64,000 bases of DNA from Asterias rubens (taxonomy: Eukaryota), in contig NC_047064.1 in NCBI RefSeq assembly GCF_902459465.1, positions 16,244,001 through 16,308,000 of the forward strand, written 5' to 3'. Below, piece after piece: positions 33,243-44,269 of the stretch. The translations under genes and the position numbers were made by a program. The notes below the pieces were generated by a model. It was not told where the DNA came from and did not search any database. It saw nothing but the letters and a program-made list of their open reading frames with translations. The stretch's first letter is position 1, and every line of letters begins with the position of its first letter.

Positions 33243-33612
33243 AAGCCATTGGACCCTTTCAGTAAACAGTATTTTCCAAGGCCCACACTTCGTGTATCAC
33301 AACTTCTATATCAAATAACAAACCTGTGAAAATTTGGGCTTAATCGGTCATCGGAGTCGGGAGAAAATAACGGGAAAACCCACCCTTGTATCCGCGCGTT
33401 TCGCCGTGTCATGACATGTGTTTAAAATAAATCCGTAATTCTCGTTAACGAGAATTGATATTGTTTTACTGTTTTCTCAAAAAGTAAAGCATTTCATGGA
33501 ATAATATTTCAAAAGAAGTATTTCACACTACCTTCTGTAAACCCTGTAAGTTATTTGTAAATCTGTGAACTTTTTTGTTTTTTTTCTGTACCGAAAGGGT
33601 CCAATGGCTTAA
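33239..33612. mobile_element. TTAA MITE family C, intact
   Basis: TTAA|AGCCATTGGACCCTTTC...GAAAGGGTCCAATGGC(T)|TTAA. Confidence 0.85.
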
Positions 33613-34754
33613 ACCGAATCTTATAAGGCCAGTTCCGGTTAAAATTGTACGTTCCAAAAGAGACTCGAGAATATCAGGTACATTTCTGAAACGGCAAGGC
33701 ATGTAACGACCATGTTGGATTCGAAGGCCAAACCGTGACTTATTGGCGTTACTCTATTTTATTAGAATTAAAGAAAGGAGGTGTATTCGTTGGGCCTTCA
33801 CTCTGACTAAGGTCGACGTATTTAGCGGAAGAAGCAACACCCAACGTGCAAAACGTTCACACATTCAAAGTATACATTGCTTATTGATCACTGTTGTCAC
33901 ATGCTAAAATATTTGAAGATGTTCTAAAAACAAAATTCCATACCCAAGCGCACCTCACTGAACCCCTGCGAACCGCTAATCTGTGTCAAACTGGCCACGA
34001 ACGAATGGCAAACGTGTCTCAACGAATGTCGACTTACGAACGTACATACGAATGGCAAACGCTGGCTCTACACGCAACCACGTGACAGGTCATTAGTGTC
34101 GGAATCAAAGGCTGTAACCAACGCCAGGAAATATTATACAGTTTGAGTCGTCTATTGTTATACGTTGGCAAAACGTATGTTATAACGCCGTCAACGTAAT
34201 ATCAGCATGCCAAATGCCAAACGCGTCTCGAACGAGTGACAACTTACGAACATGCACCCATATAATAACGTTAGGCACACAATTGCGCTTAATTCACGCA
34301 ACAGTTTGACAGGACCTGAATGTCTGTATCAGAGATTGTGTGAATGTCAGGATGTTGTGTTTAGTTTGAATCGTCTATTTGTAGGCATTTGATATCGTAG
34401 TTATAATGCGGGCAACCTAAAGTCGGCATCCTAGATTGTTCAATCTTCGAGAAATTATCTTCGCCAACGTAACGTCGCAACGCGTCGGTGTCCTAAAATC
34501 GGCCTTGTCAACGTTGACAAAAAAATTAAATGCTACTTTGTGTGCGTCAACGTATGTTACTTTGTATGCGGGGCTGAGAAGTTTTTCAATAAATACTATA
34601 TACAGGATTTAGTTATCAATAATACAGTTTAGTGTTTGTACTTCTGTGTTTACATTCCGTCTTTAGAATAAAAAAAAGTACATCAAAGCTACAGAAAACC
34701 AATATATAATTAACAGCAAAATGTGAAGGTTTAGACTATCACTACAGAGTCTAT

Positions 34755-34899
34755 GGCCCTTTTCGAATCCACGGCTGCGGCTTTTGATTCGGCTTCAGGC
34801 TCCGTCCTCTCGTCTGAAGCCCTGAGCGCGTGTCAAAACAAACGCGCCAAGCTAGCCTGAGGCGAAATCAAAGCCGAAGCCGTTGTTTCGAAAATGGCC
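34755..34899. mobile_element. MITE family E, second copy
   Basis: GGCC termini with a 3-bp TAT duplication on both sides. Confidence 0.75.
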
Positions 34900-35723
34900 T
34901 ATGGATAATGGTGTGTATGAATTAGACATGATGTGCATTAAAAGAAGTATATGACTATATAATGTAAGTTTCTACTGGTTGCATTATACAAAACAACATA
35001 ACAACACATAATAATACACTTATTATACCCAAATAAGTTATTACGGGCATAACGTGTCATGAAAACAAAATCGGATATGACGTCAATGTGATGTCAAATG
35101 CCAATATCTGACAAACATAAAATTACGTTCCTCAAGCATTTTACTTATTTTCAAGCAAACGTTGGCCCGATCTGGGCAAGATAAGGTAAAAGTTGCTAAA
35201 GTTGGGCCAACCATAAATTTAATTGTCCCTATTGTTTTACTCATTCGTCGAACGAACGATGCACGCACATTGACGTTGGCCAATATAGGTGTCGACGTTG
35301 CCAAACGTTGGTCCAACGTCGGCTCAACGTCTGCCACGTTTTTCCGATGAGAAAGTTTGTAGCGACGTTATTTGCCAGAGGTTGACCATTGTACAATCAG
35401 TCTGTCTAGCCATTTCACTCCACTGCAGAAGGACAACCTCTTCACAAATTCTCCATTTCACTCTATGCACTGTCTGTTGCCAAGGAATGCCCTTTTAATT
35501 ACTTAGTTCATCTCTCCATCTTCTGTTTTGTCGCGCTCTTTTTCTTGTCCGATGTTGTGACGGAGTTTGCCAAACGTTAAACCCATGTCGGCCCAACGTC
35601 TGCAACGCTGTTGCGATGAAAAGTAAAGTTGTGGCGACGTTACATGTTGCCCAATATTGTACACTCTAATTTTGACTAAAGATGGTCCAATGTGTACACG
35701 ATAGCTGGGTTTATTCTGATATT

Positions 35724-36713
35724 TTAAAGCATTTGTGTTGTTGCTGTGTTCTGCATCGGGTCTACGGACAAAGAGGGCGCATCGTTAGACTCCTCTCCAG
35801 GACGTACTCGGTTTTGGCCAAATCGGCTCCGTACAAGTTGCTTGAGCTGTGTACGGAAATGCTGGTATTTGAAGCAATAAACGACTGGATTCACGCTCAT
35901 GTTGCACATGACTAACCCCGTGAAAGCGTCTGAAATGCCTCTGACGGAAAACACATCGACGATATCAGTACTTAAGATCAATCGTAACATCTGCATCGGA
36001 GTCCAGCAAATGAAAAACATGCAACCAGCGATCAGCATCGTAGTGATGACGTTTCTTTTAGCCTTACTGAAGACACCATCTTGCTGATTGGCGTTAGCAT
36101 TGTCAAGTTTGTGTCGAAGAACGAGGAGAATTCGAACGTACGAAAACGATATAAGGAATGCTGGAAGGATGTACTCAATGAGAAAAGTCCAACAAAACAC
36201 AAAAACCTCGAAGATCTTTCCATTGGTACGATTGTAGCGGCACGTCCCCTTTATCACATGGTGTAAGAAAAGAAATATGAGCGCATATACAAAGCCGATG
36301 ATCCAAGCAGCACACATTGAAACTTTGATCTTGAAGAGTGAGCAGTAGTTGCGGTGTTTGACCGGATAGCACGTGGCAAGAAAACGCTCCAGCGATATCA
36401 CCACCAGATTGTACGTGGATGTTACATTGACTGCCCAAACAAAATATTCAGACTCAAGAAATCGACAAATAATTTCACCGAAGATGTTTGCTTGCAACGT
36501 TGTCAGTAGAGAACTTTGTTTGATCCCAGTTATGAGGAGAAACACCAAACCAGAGACGAAGTCGATGATGGATTGGTGACGGATAAGTCGGTTAGTGAAG
36601 GAACTGAACTGTTCACGTCTGACCGTCATGACGAAAATCACCAAACCATTTCCGAGAATGGCTGAGCATCCGATGGTAATGCTGAACGCTATGACGAGAG
36701 AACCGGACTCCAT
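35724..36713 (-). CDS. Single-exon class A GPCR, 329 aa from ATG 36713 (subfamily C)
   Basis: Intact ORF; start MESGSLVIAF chosen by alignment and AAAATG context; LERF, CWTP and NPVVY present. Confidence 0.92.
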   Translation of the reverse strand: MESGSLVIAFSITIGCSAILGNGLVIFVMTVRREQFSSFTNRLIRHQSIIDFVSGLVFLLITGIKQSSLLTTLQANIFGEIICRFLESEYFVWAVNVTSTYNLVVISLERFLATCYPVKHRNYCSLFKIKVSMCAAWIIGFVYALIFLFLHHVIKGTCRYNRTNGKIFEVFVFCWTFLIEYILPAFLISFSYVRILLVLRHKLDNANANQQDGVFSKAKRNVITTMLIAGCMFFICWTPMQMLRLILSTDIVDVFSVRGISDAFTGLVMCNMSVNPVVYCFKYQHFRTQLKQLVRSRFGQNRVRPGEESNDAPSLSVDPMQNTATTQML

Positions 36714-36719
36714 TTTCTC

Positions 36720-36846
36720 AGAAACTAACAAGTTACTAGAAAGATGGGAGACGAAAATCGGGATCTGCGACAACTTGACGAAATATTAGAAACTAACAAG
36801 TAACTAGAAAAAATGGGAGACGTAAATCGGGATCTGCGACAACTTG
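36720..36846. repeat. Tandem duplication (~68-bp period) immediately upstream of GPCR ATG 36713
   Basis: AGAAACTAACAAGT.ACTAGAAA..ATGGGAGACG.AAATCGGGATCTGCGACAACTTG at 36720 and 36788. Confidence 0.85.
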
Positions 36847-37120
36847 TTGACGATATGGTTGTCACTTTGAAGTGTCCAAACAAAACCTCGCACAGTTTTG
36901 TTCAGAGAAACTGGACATTAACGAGATCCAACAAAGGGGGTTCAAGGAGTCTTTAAACATTAATGTATGGGTATATGCTCGACTTAGTTCATCCCCTGAC
37001 GAATTGTTTCAGCAAACAAAAGTATTTTGAAGTAGGAATGTTATTCCCTTTTTGTAGGTTGTATTGCAGTTAGTAAAGTGCGTGCTTCAGCGAGAAAACA
37101 AAATAATTACTGTCGTGTTT

Positions 37121-37360
37121 CCAAACCGACGAAGTTGTTGGGCCACACGTGGAAATGCTCGTACTTGAAGCAATGAACAATAATTGGTCTAACACTTGCT
37201 AATGAACAATCCAATCAAAGTTTGTTCAGATCAGCTTTGCTTCTTCCCTTATAATAATTTCATCATTGGTGACGGGTGAAGTAAAAGGAGGTGAACTGTG
37301 TTATGTGACAGTCTTGACAAAAATCACCACATCGCTTGCGAAAATGGCAGAACTTGCAGT
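37121..37360 (-). pseudogene. Highly decayed GPCR relic P6 (TM1-TM2 joined to helix-8 region)
   Basis: GGAAATGCTCGTACTTGAAGCAAT (37151-37174) matches the YCFKYEHF codons of paralogs; 37265-37355 translates SAIFASDVVIFVKTVT* versus SAILGNGLVIFVMTVRR. Confidence 0.65.
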
Positions 37361-37904
37361 TACTATATAAGCTTTCAAAGCATTGATGATCGCTGCCTGC
37401 TAGAAGTCGTTTCTTCTTCTTGTTCTTTCACCCAAACAGCATGTTGATGAACTCAACGTTCAATGTGAGTGTCGTTGTTGTCACTGTGATGAAAACGAAA
37501 TGAAATTCTGCAGAGTTAGTTTTTAAAGATCAACACCGAGACTGCTGGTTGCAAAGTGATAAGTCCTTGCTGGTTGTGTTCGCAGGCAGACTTCACCTCG
37601 GCCCTCAAGTATAAGAAGCTAAGACAAATCTGTGTGTATTTTAAAGGTCCCCTCCATAATCCATGTCAATAAAACATGAAAAACAATCCGTTGATAGAGC
37701 AATATCTATCATCTCTCGAGGCTGGATGAAGAGACTGGATGATGCTGAAATCCCCACTGGGAAAACGTTTTGGCGCGCAAGGCAAGTTTAAGCCCAGCTG
37801 ACCGTGAAAATTAAAGTAGGCGGATTAAATGACGTCAATTGTTCAGAACGTCAAAGTAGTAAATACTCAAACTTGTTTTTCTCGAATTTTTGTTTGTATC
37901 ATTA

Positions 37905-38150
37905 GCACTCTGGAGCACGTTGCCACCTCTCTCCTGTGGCTGTAACAGTGTGCTAGGCATGGTCCCATCCCCTATAGGAGCCTTGCTATGTAGATCAGTA
38001 TGCACTACCTCCCCAACTTGTTTAACGATTCAATTATGCTTAAAGTGCCTTGCTCAAGGGCACATGACTGATGTCGTGACCGGGAGTCGAGCCCATCACA
38101 CTACTTCTGAGTGCGTTGCCAAGCAACAGTAGCACGTATCCGCCCGACCT
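37905..38150 (-). mobile_element. tRNA-derived SINE (degenerate)
   Basis: AAGTGCCTTGCTCAAGGGCAC...GACCGGGAGTCGAGCCC head; body homologous to 44330-44470. Confidence 0.6.
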
Positions 38151-38890
38151 TATAAGGGGCAATGCCCAGTTTATATTCAAAATGATAACGAACAGAAATC
38201 ATTAGTGATAATTAACTGCAACATGCCACATTCAAAACCAGTTTTGAATAACATATGGGTAATGGGAAGATAAAGACCTATCTTTTGTTGATAAACAAAC
38301 AGCCTTGGTTGGCATGGTCGGCCGAATGTTAGTAAAACAAGCAATTGAATTGAATTAACAGATGTTTTGACCATCAAACCCACGATTTTTGCAAACTTTT
38401 CAATAAATTAAAATACACCCCATAATGAGTTATTTTTGTTTTCAACAAAATCCACACAACGTTTCAGAAACTTTGTAACAATGTTAAAAACAGTGGCGAT
38501 CTGTTTTGATTGCATTTATGGCTGTCCGTAGTTGTCCAGTCTGGGTGGCATAAAACTCGAGCTGTGACGTTGCAAGGTGTAACTGTGCCTTTTTATGATA
38601 CAAACGGGCGTTCAGAGTATAATGAAAGATATTTAGCGTACAGGCCTATAGGGCTGTGGTACACCTGTCCTTAGAAAACATAGGTAGAGTTAACATGCAT
38701 TGACAGCCATTGACAATTTAGAAACTGCTTGTTCTTCTATCTAGGCCTAACATCTTCTTTAAGGACAAATCTGCAATGGCCCTTTCTCGTGACGTAGCCT
38801 ACTGTGAGTGCGCACACATTTCAAATCTTCAAGTGTCCGTTCACTATTATCTTCTACAGTATTGTAACTAAGTAGGTCTACGAATGGGCG

Positions 38891-39279
38891 TTAAAGGAAC
38901 ACGTTGCCTTGGATCGGTCGAGTTGGTCTTTGAAAAGCGTATGTAACCGTTTGTTGTAGAATGCATATGATAAGAAAGATATTTTAAAAGTAGAATACAA
39001 TGATCCACACAAGTATTATCGAAATTGCGTGGTTTTCCTTTTACCTTGTCGACAAACACGGTCGGCCATTTATGGGAGTCAAATTTTTGACACCCATAAA
39101 TGGCCGACCGTTTTAGTTCGCAAAGTAGAAGGAAAACCACGCGATTTCGAGGCAAATATGTGTGGATCATTGTATTCTACTTGTTAAACATCTTTCTAGC
39201 CATATGCATTTTATAACAAACGGTTACATACGCTTTTCAAATACCAACTCGACCGATCCAAGGCAACGTGTTCCTTTAA
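38891..39279. mobile_element. TTAA foldback MITE family F; the whole ~390-bp element is an imperfect palindrome
   Basis: TTAA|AGGAACACGTTGCCTTGGATCGGTCGAGTTGG...CCAACTCGACCGATCCAAGGCAACGTGTTCCT|TTAA; arms pair almost to the centre. Confidence 0.9.
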
Positions 39280-39486
39280 CACCGTGCAAAAACCTTCGAC
39301 CGGGAACACAGGACAATTTCCATTTACATCCGGTTCAAATTTGTTGGGTACAAGCATGTTAGTTAACTCATCGAATTGTACATGCCAATTGTTTCATTAT
39401 AATTTAATCAACTGCACACAATTTATCAAGATACGAACCAGACTTTCAAGAAGGCCATGGAATATCGGTTAGCTATTCTGATATCT

Positions 39487-40476
39487 TTACAGAGCTTGTG
39501 TTATTGCAGTTTCTTGTATCGGGTCTAAGGACAAAGAGGGTACATCGTTAGACTCCTCTCCAGGACGCACTCGGTGTCGACCAAATCGGCTCCGTGCAAG
39601 TTGATTGAGTTGTGTGCGGAAATGCTCGTACTTAAAGCAATACACGACTGGATTCACGCTCATGTTACACATGACCAATCCCCTGACAGCACCCATCACG
39701 GTTGCTGTTGAAAACCCCTTAACGATTTCAGTACTTAAGAACAATCGCAACATCTGAATCGGAGACCAGCAAATGAAAAACATGCAACCAGCGATCAGCA
39801 TTGTAATGATGACGTTTTTCTTGGCCTTACTCAAGACGCCATTTTGCTGATTGGCGTCAGCATTGTCAAGTTTGTGGCGAAGAACGAGGAGTATTCTAAC
39901 GTACGAAAACGATATGAAGATCACCGGAACGATATATTCGACGAGAAAAGACCAACTAAAGACAAAAACTCTGAAGATCTTTGCGTTGTTCGGATTGAAG
40001 TCGCACTTCCCATCGCTTACATGGTATAAGAACAGAAATACCAGTGCATAAGCAAAACCAATGATCCAAGCAGCACACATTGAAACTTTGATCTTGAAGA
40101 GTGAGCAGTAGTTGCGGTGTTTGACCGGATAACACGTGGCAAGAAAACGCTCCAGCGATATCACCACCAGGTTGTACGTGGATGCGACATTGACTGCCCA
40201 TATAAAGTAATGAGAGTCAACAAATCGACATATGATATCGGTGAAAATGTTAGCTTCCAACATTGTCAGTAGAGAACTTTGTTCGATTCCAGTCATGAGG
40301 AGAAACACCAAACCAGAGACGAAGTCGATGATGGATTGGTGACGGATAAGTCGGTTAGTGAAGGAGCTGAACTGTTTACGTCTGACCGTCATGACGAAAA
40401 TCACCAAACCGTTTCCGAGAATGGCTGAGCATCCGATAGCGACATTGAAAGCGGTAAGAAGAGGACTGGTTGCCAT
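39487..40476 (-). CDS. Single-exon class A GPCR, 329 aa (subfamily C)
   Basis: Intact ORF with GN, IIDF, LERF, CWSP and NPVVY motifs. Confidence 0.93.
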   Translation of the reverse strand: MATSPLLTAFNVAIGCSAILGNGLVIFVMTVRRKQFSSFTNRLIRHQSIIDFVSGLVFLLMTGIEQSSLLTMLEANIFTDIICRFVDSHYFIWAVNVASTYNLVVISLERFLATCYPVKHRNYCSLFKIKVSMCAAWIIGFAYALVFLFLYHVSDGKCDFNPNNAKIFRVFVFSWSFLVEYIVPVIFISFSYVRILLVLRHKLDNADANQQNGVLSKAKKNVIITMLIAGCMFFICWSPIQMLRLFLSTEIVKGFSTATVMGAVRGLVMCNMSVNPVVYCFKYEHFRTQLNQLARSRFGRHRVRPGEESNDVPSLSLDPIQETAITQAL

Positions 40477-40726
40477 TTTCCTTTTGGCGTTTAGTTACAA
40501 ACTGGAATTCAAAAAGTGTCTGCTGAAATAATGGGATCTGAATGATAGTCCACTCACGCGTTGTGTCGAGCGAGCATACATGAATTTCATGCCAACTATT
40601 ATAAACAGAAATCCACTGCGGATCGGGAGAGTTCGCACCTTTCCTATCGAAAAACAAGGAAAAGGTTTAAAAGAGTCTCTAAACATCAATGTACGACTCA
40701 GCTTAAAGCAAATGCAGAAAATGCTA

Positions 40727-40734
40727 TATTTATA
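40727..40734 (-). promoter_or_regulatory. TATA box candidate for GPCR 39487-40476
   Basis: TATAAATA ~250 bp upstream of the ATG, inside a block conserved upstream of three paralogs. Confidence 0.45.
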
Positions 40735-41788
40735 TCCGAAACGTAGCAACCTTTAACCTTCCTAAACGACTCTTCGGAAGAAGAAAAATGGGGAGTCAAC
40801 AAAGCTGTTTTGTGTTTTGCTTTTATTCAACAATTTTGTTAAATTTTGCTGGAAAAAACTCGTTGTCAGTTTTTTTTTCAATTTGGCAACGGCGCCTTTG
40901 TGGTTGTTTTCGAGCCTGGAATATTTGCCCATTAAATTTTGACCTTTAAGTCGCGTAAAGTCAATGTCATAGACTTCGCCAAATGGTCAAAATGTATTGA
41001 CGTTAAAAAATCTCCTGTTAAAAAATAAAATCCCGATGGGTTCCTTGGGCAGCTTTAAGCCATACTGCCAAATAAAATAGACGACTGTTCAACTCAGTTT
41101 TTTTTAAAGATAGAATGTGCGAAGGCATAATAGCAAGGACACTCTATGTTATTTGATTAGGGAAAGGTCTGTTAATTGTTGTTTGGTTTGCACCCCCTCC
41201 TTTTTTTTCTTTTTTTTTCAAAAGTTAAAAATAATATAGTTCGAGGTAGCGTGCGTCAGCAAAAAGGACCCACTGGGAAGTAATTTGCACGGGAGCATTG
41301 TATCTGGAACAAAGTGTCACTTCCATTACGTAGTCCGAAGTGGTGGTAATTCAATATAGGATTTCAGGCATAATTCAATATTGATAAAAGCAATTTTATC
41401 AATGATTTTATTGAAGGTTATCGAGTATTGAATAAAATGCAACTTGATTTTATGCAGAAAAGAAAATGGTTCTGGAATAAAACGGAAGATCAGCATATAA
41501 GGAACTATTTTATTGGGTAAGTGTGTTGATGGAAGTAGGCCCCTGACTGAACCTATTCACACTGCCGTCATAATCACAATAATCTTAGTTGTGCCACTTT
41601 GGGCGTATTGAACGTCTCCAACTTGATGTAGAGCGTTTCTGCCAGTCTCCAAAAGGGCCTACGCATTGTTCTTCCTGAGCCTGGATAAACACAATCGAAC
41701 ATCTAAACAACCAAAGGTAAACTTCGCCTTTAAATCGCGTTTTGGAACGCCAGGTTTTTTTCATTGAGAGGTAGGTCTATTGCATTTC

Positions 41789-41965
41789 TTAAAGACACGA
41801 CACTTGATAATTGTCAAAAGACCAGTCTCCCCACTTTGTGTTTCACAACAGTGCATAATATAACAAACCTGTGAAAACTTATATTCAATATTGGTCGTCG
41901 AAGTTGCGAGAAGAAAAACCTAATTGCCACACGAAGTTGTGAGCTTTTAGATGCTTGATTTCGAC
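41789..41965. mobile_element. Partial family A MITE (reverse)
   Basis: TTAAAGACAC...TTGTCAAAAGACCAGTC...ATGCTTGATTTCGA. Confidence 0.65.
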
Positions 41966-42810
41966 AGGCTAGCATAATTTGCATAGCCATTTACATGTAT
42001 GCTTAAATTTGCGTGTCCAGAAAGTTCTTGCATAAAATCATCTATAGACAATGAGCATGTTCAACTTGCCTACACGTTTTTCCCAATGTGGCATGCGTTG
42101 TAAATTTGATTTGAATTTCCCCGCCGGTCACGTGATAATGAGCCAGTCGATGACGTCATTGCAAAGCCATGGGATATGAATCTGTTAATGTTTTGAATGT
42201 AATTTGTTTTGAATATAATTTGTTAGAAACATATTTTGTACTTAAAATAGAAAGGACAAGTGTTGGACTTTGTGTTCATTGTTTATGCAAGTAGTACTGA
42301 TTGAAAAAGCACTCGACCGCCCTCCCCCGACCCAACGACCCGGGCTCGATGGTATGCCGGATACCCTGCATCCCAAGCGCGCTTGCACTATGGGCGAAGT
42401 CTACACAAACCAACCTCCTGGTGGTACATGCATGTATGCGGAAGTGAAACTGATCATAATCGCTATGGTAAGTAGACGGCCGATCATAATCAGCCATTCC
42501 CCCCCCCCCCCCCACAGACAACCGGAAGATTTCAATCACTGGCTTCTTGTAATACACTAAGGAGTGGTGGGTGCGTTCGTGGTTCGTGGTAGTAGGAAAT
42601 CACTGTTTGTTACCGAAAGTGCAGCTACTCATCTCTATTTATGCGTATACTAGATTTCCATTGTGATCGGGGATTCTGAGTGAGGCCCCCTTCAAAGAAA
42701 ACGTCAGTGTGGAGATTCTAAATCGAAACCAAAACTAGATATTTTACGTATCAAGTTTCCGTTTACATAGACACAAAGGGTCTATAGACTCTGGCCTGTT
42801 TCTTTTGTAG

Positions 42811-43029
42811 TCCAAGATGTTGACTGCCAAACCCTTGGCTTTCATACGAAACAACGGCTCGATCAGCAAGTGACTCGAGTCTGGAGTTCTTGGGTTGATG
42901 TTGGCAGCGCCTTTTCTTTGATGCAAATTCGTTCAACATGTTGCAGCAAGGAGCAATAAGGTTGCACTAATTGCCAGCCTGGTGCACAAGACTACTTGTG
43001 CATTGAGAAGATTACACTGTGTGTGCATG
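42811..43029 (+). CDS. Candidate Cys-rich exon (phase 1-1) of the EGF receptor gene, with in-frame TAA at 42957-42959
   Basis: Acceptor TTTCTTTTGTAG| and donor G|GTGAGT; 219 bp; QDVDCQTLGFH...WSSWVD...STCCSKEQ*GCTNCQPGAQDYLCIEKITLCVH. Confidence 0.45.
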
Positions 43030-43346
43030 GTGAGTCATGGCTGTCTTGAACCCGACCTTGCGAGTGTTACTGCTATGCATTTGTTTCACCCTTGGAGAGG
43101 CAAGTGAACATTGGAGGTAAGTTTGAGAATTTATATGAATTTAAGATTCACGTTGACCCACTCCCAGTTAACTGGGCTTTCTGAACCACAATGTAGGCTT
43201 ACTCGTTTTAAAACAATGTTGACATTGCATTCTACAAACAGGCAAGATTGTTATTGTTGTGACCCTCTCTAATACTTAAGAAAGTCGAATAAGGATAGAG
43301 GCTAACGGCAAGTTGTTTTCTTTACACTCGGTGCACCATTTTATTT

Positions 43347-43932
43347 CCTGAAACAGACGAAGACAAAATACATGTTGTCAGGTCTTCGCTGGAATCATTA
43401 TCTTAATTAACTTATAAAACAAATAATCACAGAACAGTATTTATGTACAAACAGTATTAAATGAAATCGTAAACGGCTTTAAATAAACAGCTATGTCTCA
43501 AGATCATGACATGTGATTTTCACATTATGCGCCATCTTGATTATCGATGGAAAACAACAAATTAAATGCAAATAAAACTTGGCCGATGCTCCTGATCGGA
43601 AATGCTTTAAAGAACAAACACTTATAGATAGCAACTCTTGTCAAATAAACTACAAGGGTATAGTTTAACAAATAAATAATAAACTTGTATTCAGAAAACT
43701 AAACCGGGACAAATCTTTAGTCCGGCAATCAATCAATTCCATTAAATCTCCAATAATCTCGAAATGAATAAAAATAGAATCAATAGTGGTTGAAGATAAA
43801 CACCAGTTTACAATAATGTACATTGAATGATGATTTTTAGAGGGAAAATGTATGAAAAATAAACCAAAAGATTATTACCTGAAACAGACGAAGACAAAAT
43901 ACATGTTGTCAGGTCTTCGCTGGAATCATTAT
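43347..43932. repeat. Exact 55-bp direct repeat (43347-43401 and 43878-43932)
   Basis: CCTGAAACAGACGAAGACAAAATACATGTTGTCAGGTCTTCGCTGGAATCATTAT occurs twice. Confidence 0.9.
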
Positions 43933-44269
43933 GAGGGTGGCGGAAGCGCGCGAAATTGAAATGCTTCTCAAGAGAGGGCGCTTCGCATGAATAATTAAAT
44001 GTTACATAATAAGTAAGTGCAATAAAAATAACAGTGGGGGGTACAATTTCTATGACCGTCACATTGTATTGTTAAATTAGTACAGATAACATGGCCCAGT
44101 TACTGTTTCTCAATCAAAGATTAGACAGAGATTCGTATAAAGTCTTCAAAAAACACAATAGAATAAAAAAAAGGCTTTTGTGATATGGGTGATCAGAAAC
44201 ATTAGAAGGCGGATTTTCACATTTAAAAATGTCTGTAGTAGGCCTGTAGTTCCCCCCTTTTCTTTATGC

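Noticed and set aside
32262-36773. N-terminal extensions predicted by the ORF track (32375, 36773; also 27114)
   Set aside because: Paralog alignment places the starts at 32261, 36713 and 26988; the extensions are not conserved in frame, and one lies in a tandem duplication.
7785-40051. Plus-strand ORFs overlapping the GPCRs (7785, 20098, 22362, 26725, 28275, 31542, 36081, 39844 etc.)
   Set aside because: Antisense shadow frames; their similarity is explained entirely by conservation of the minus-strand GPCRs.
42270-42560. ORF 42270..42560 and the donor at 42468 as the receptor's signal-peptide exon
   Set aside because: The hydrophobic frame (MYAEVKLIIIAM) ends in phase 0 and hits a stop when joined to 42811; the phase-1 frame is not signal-like. 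Left unresolved.
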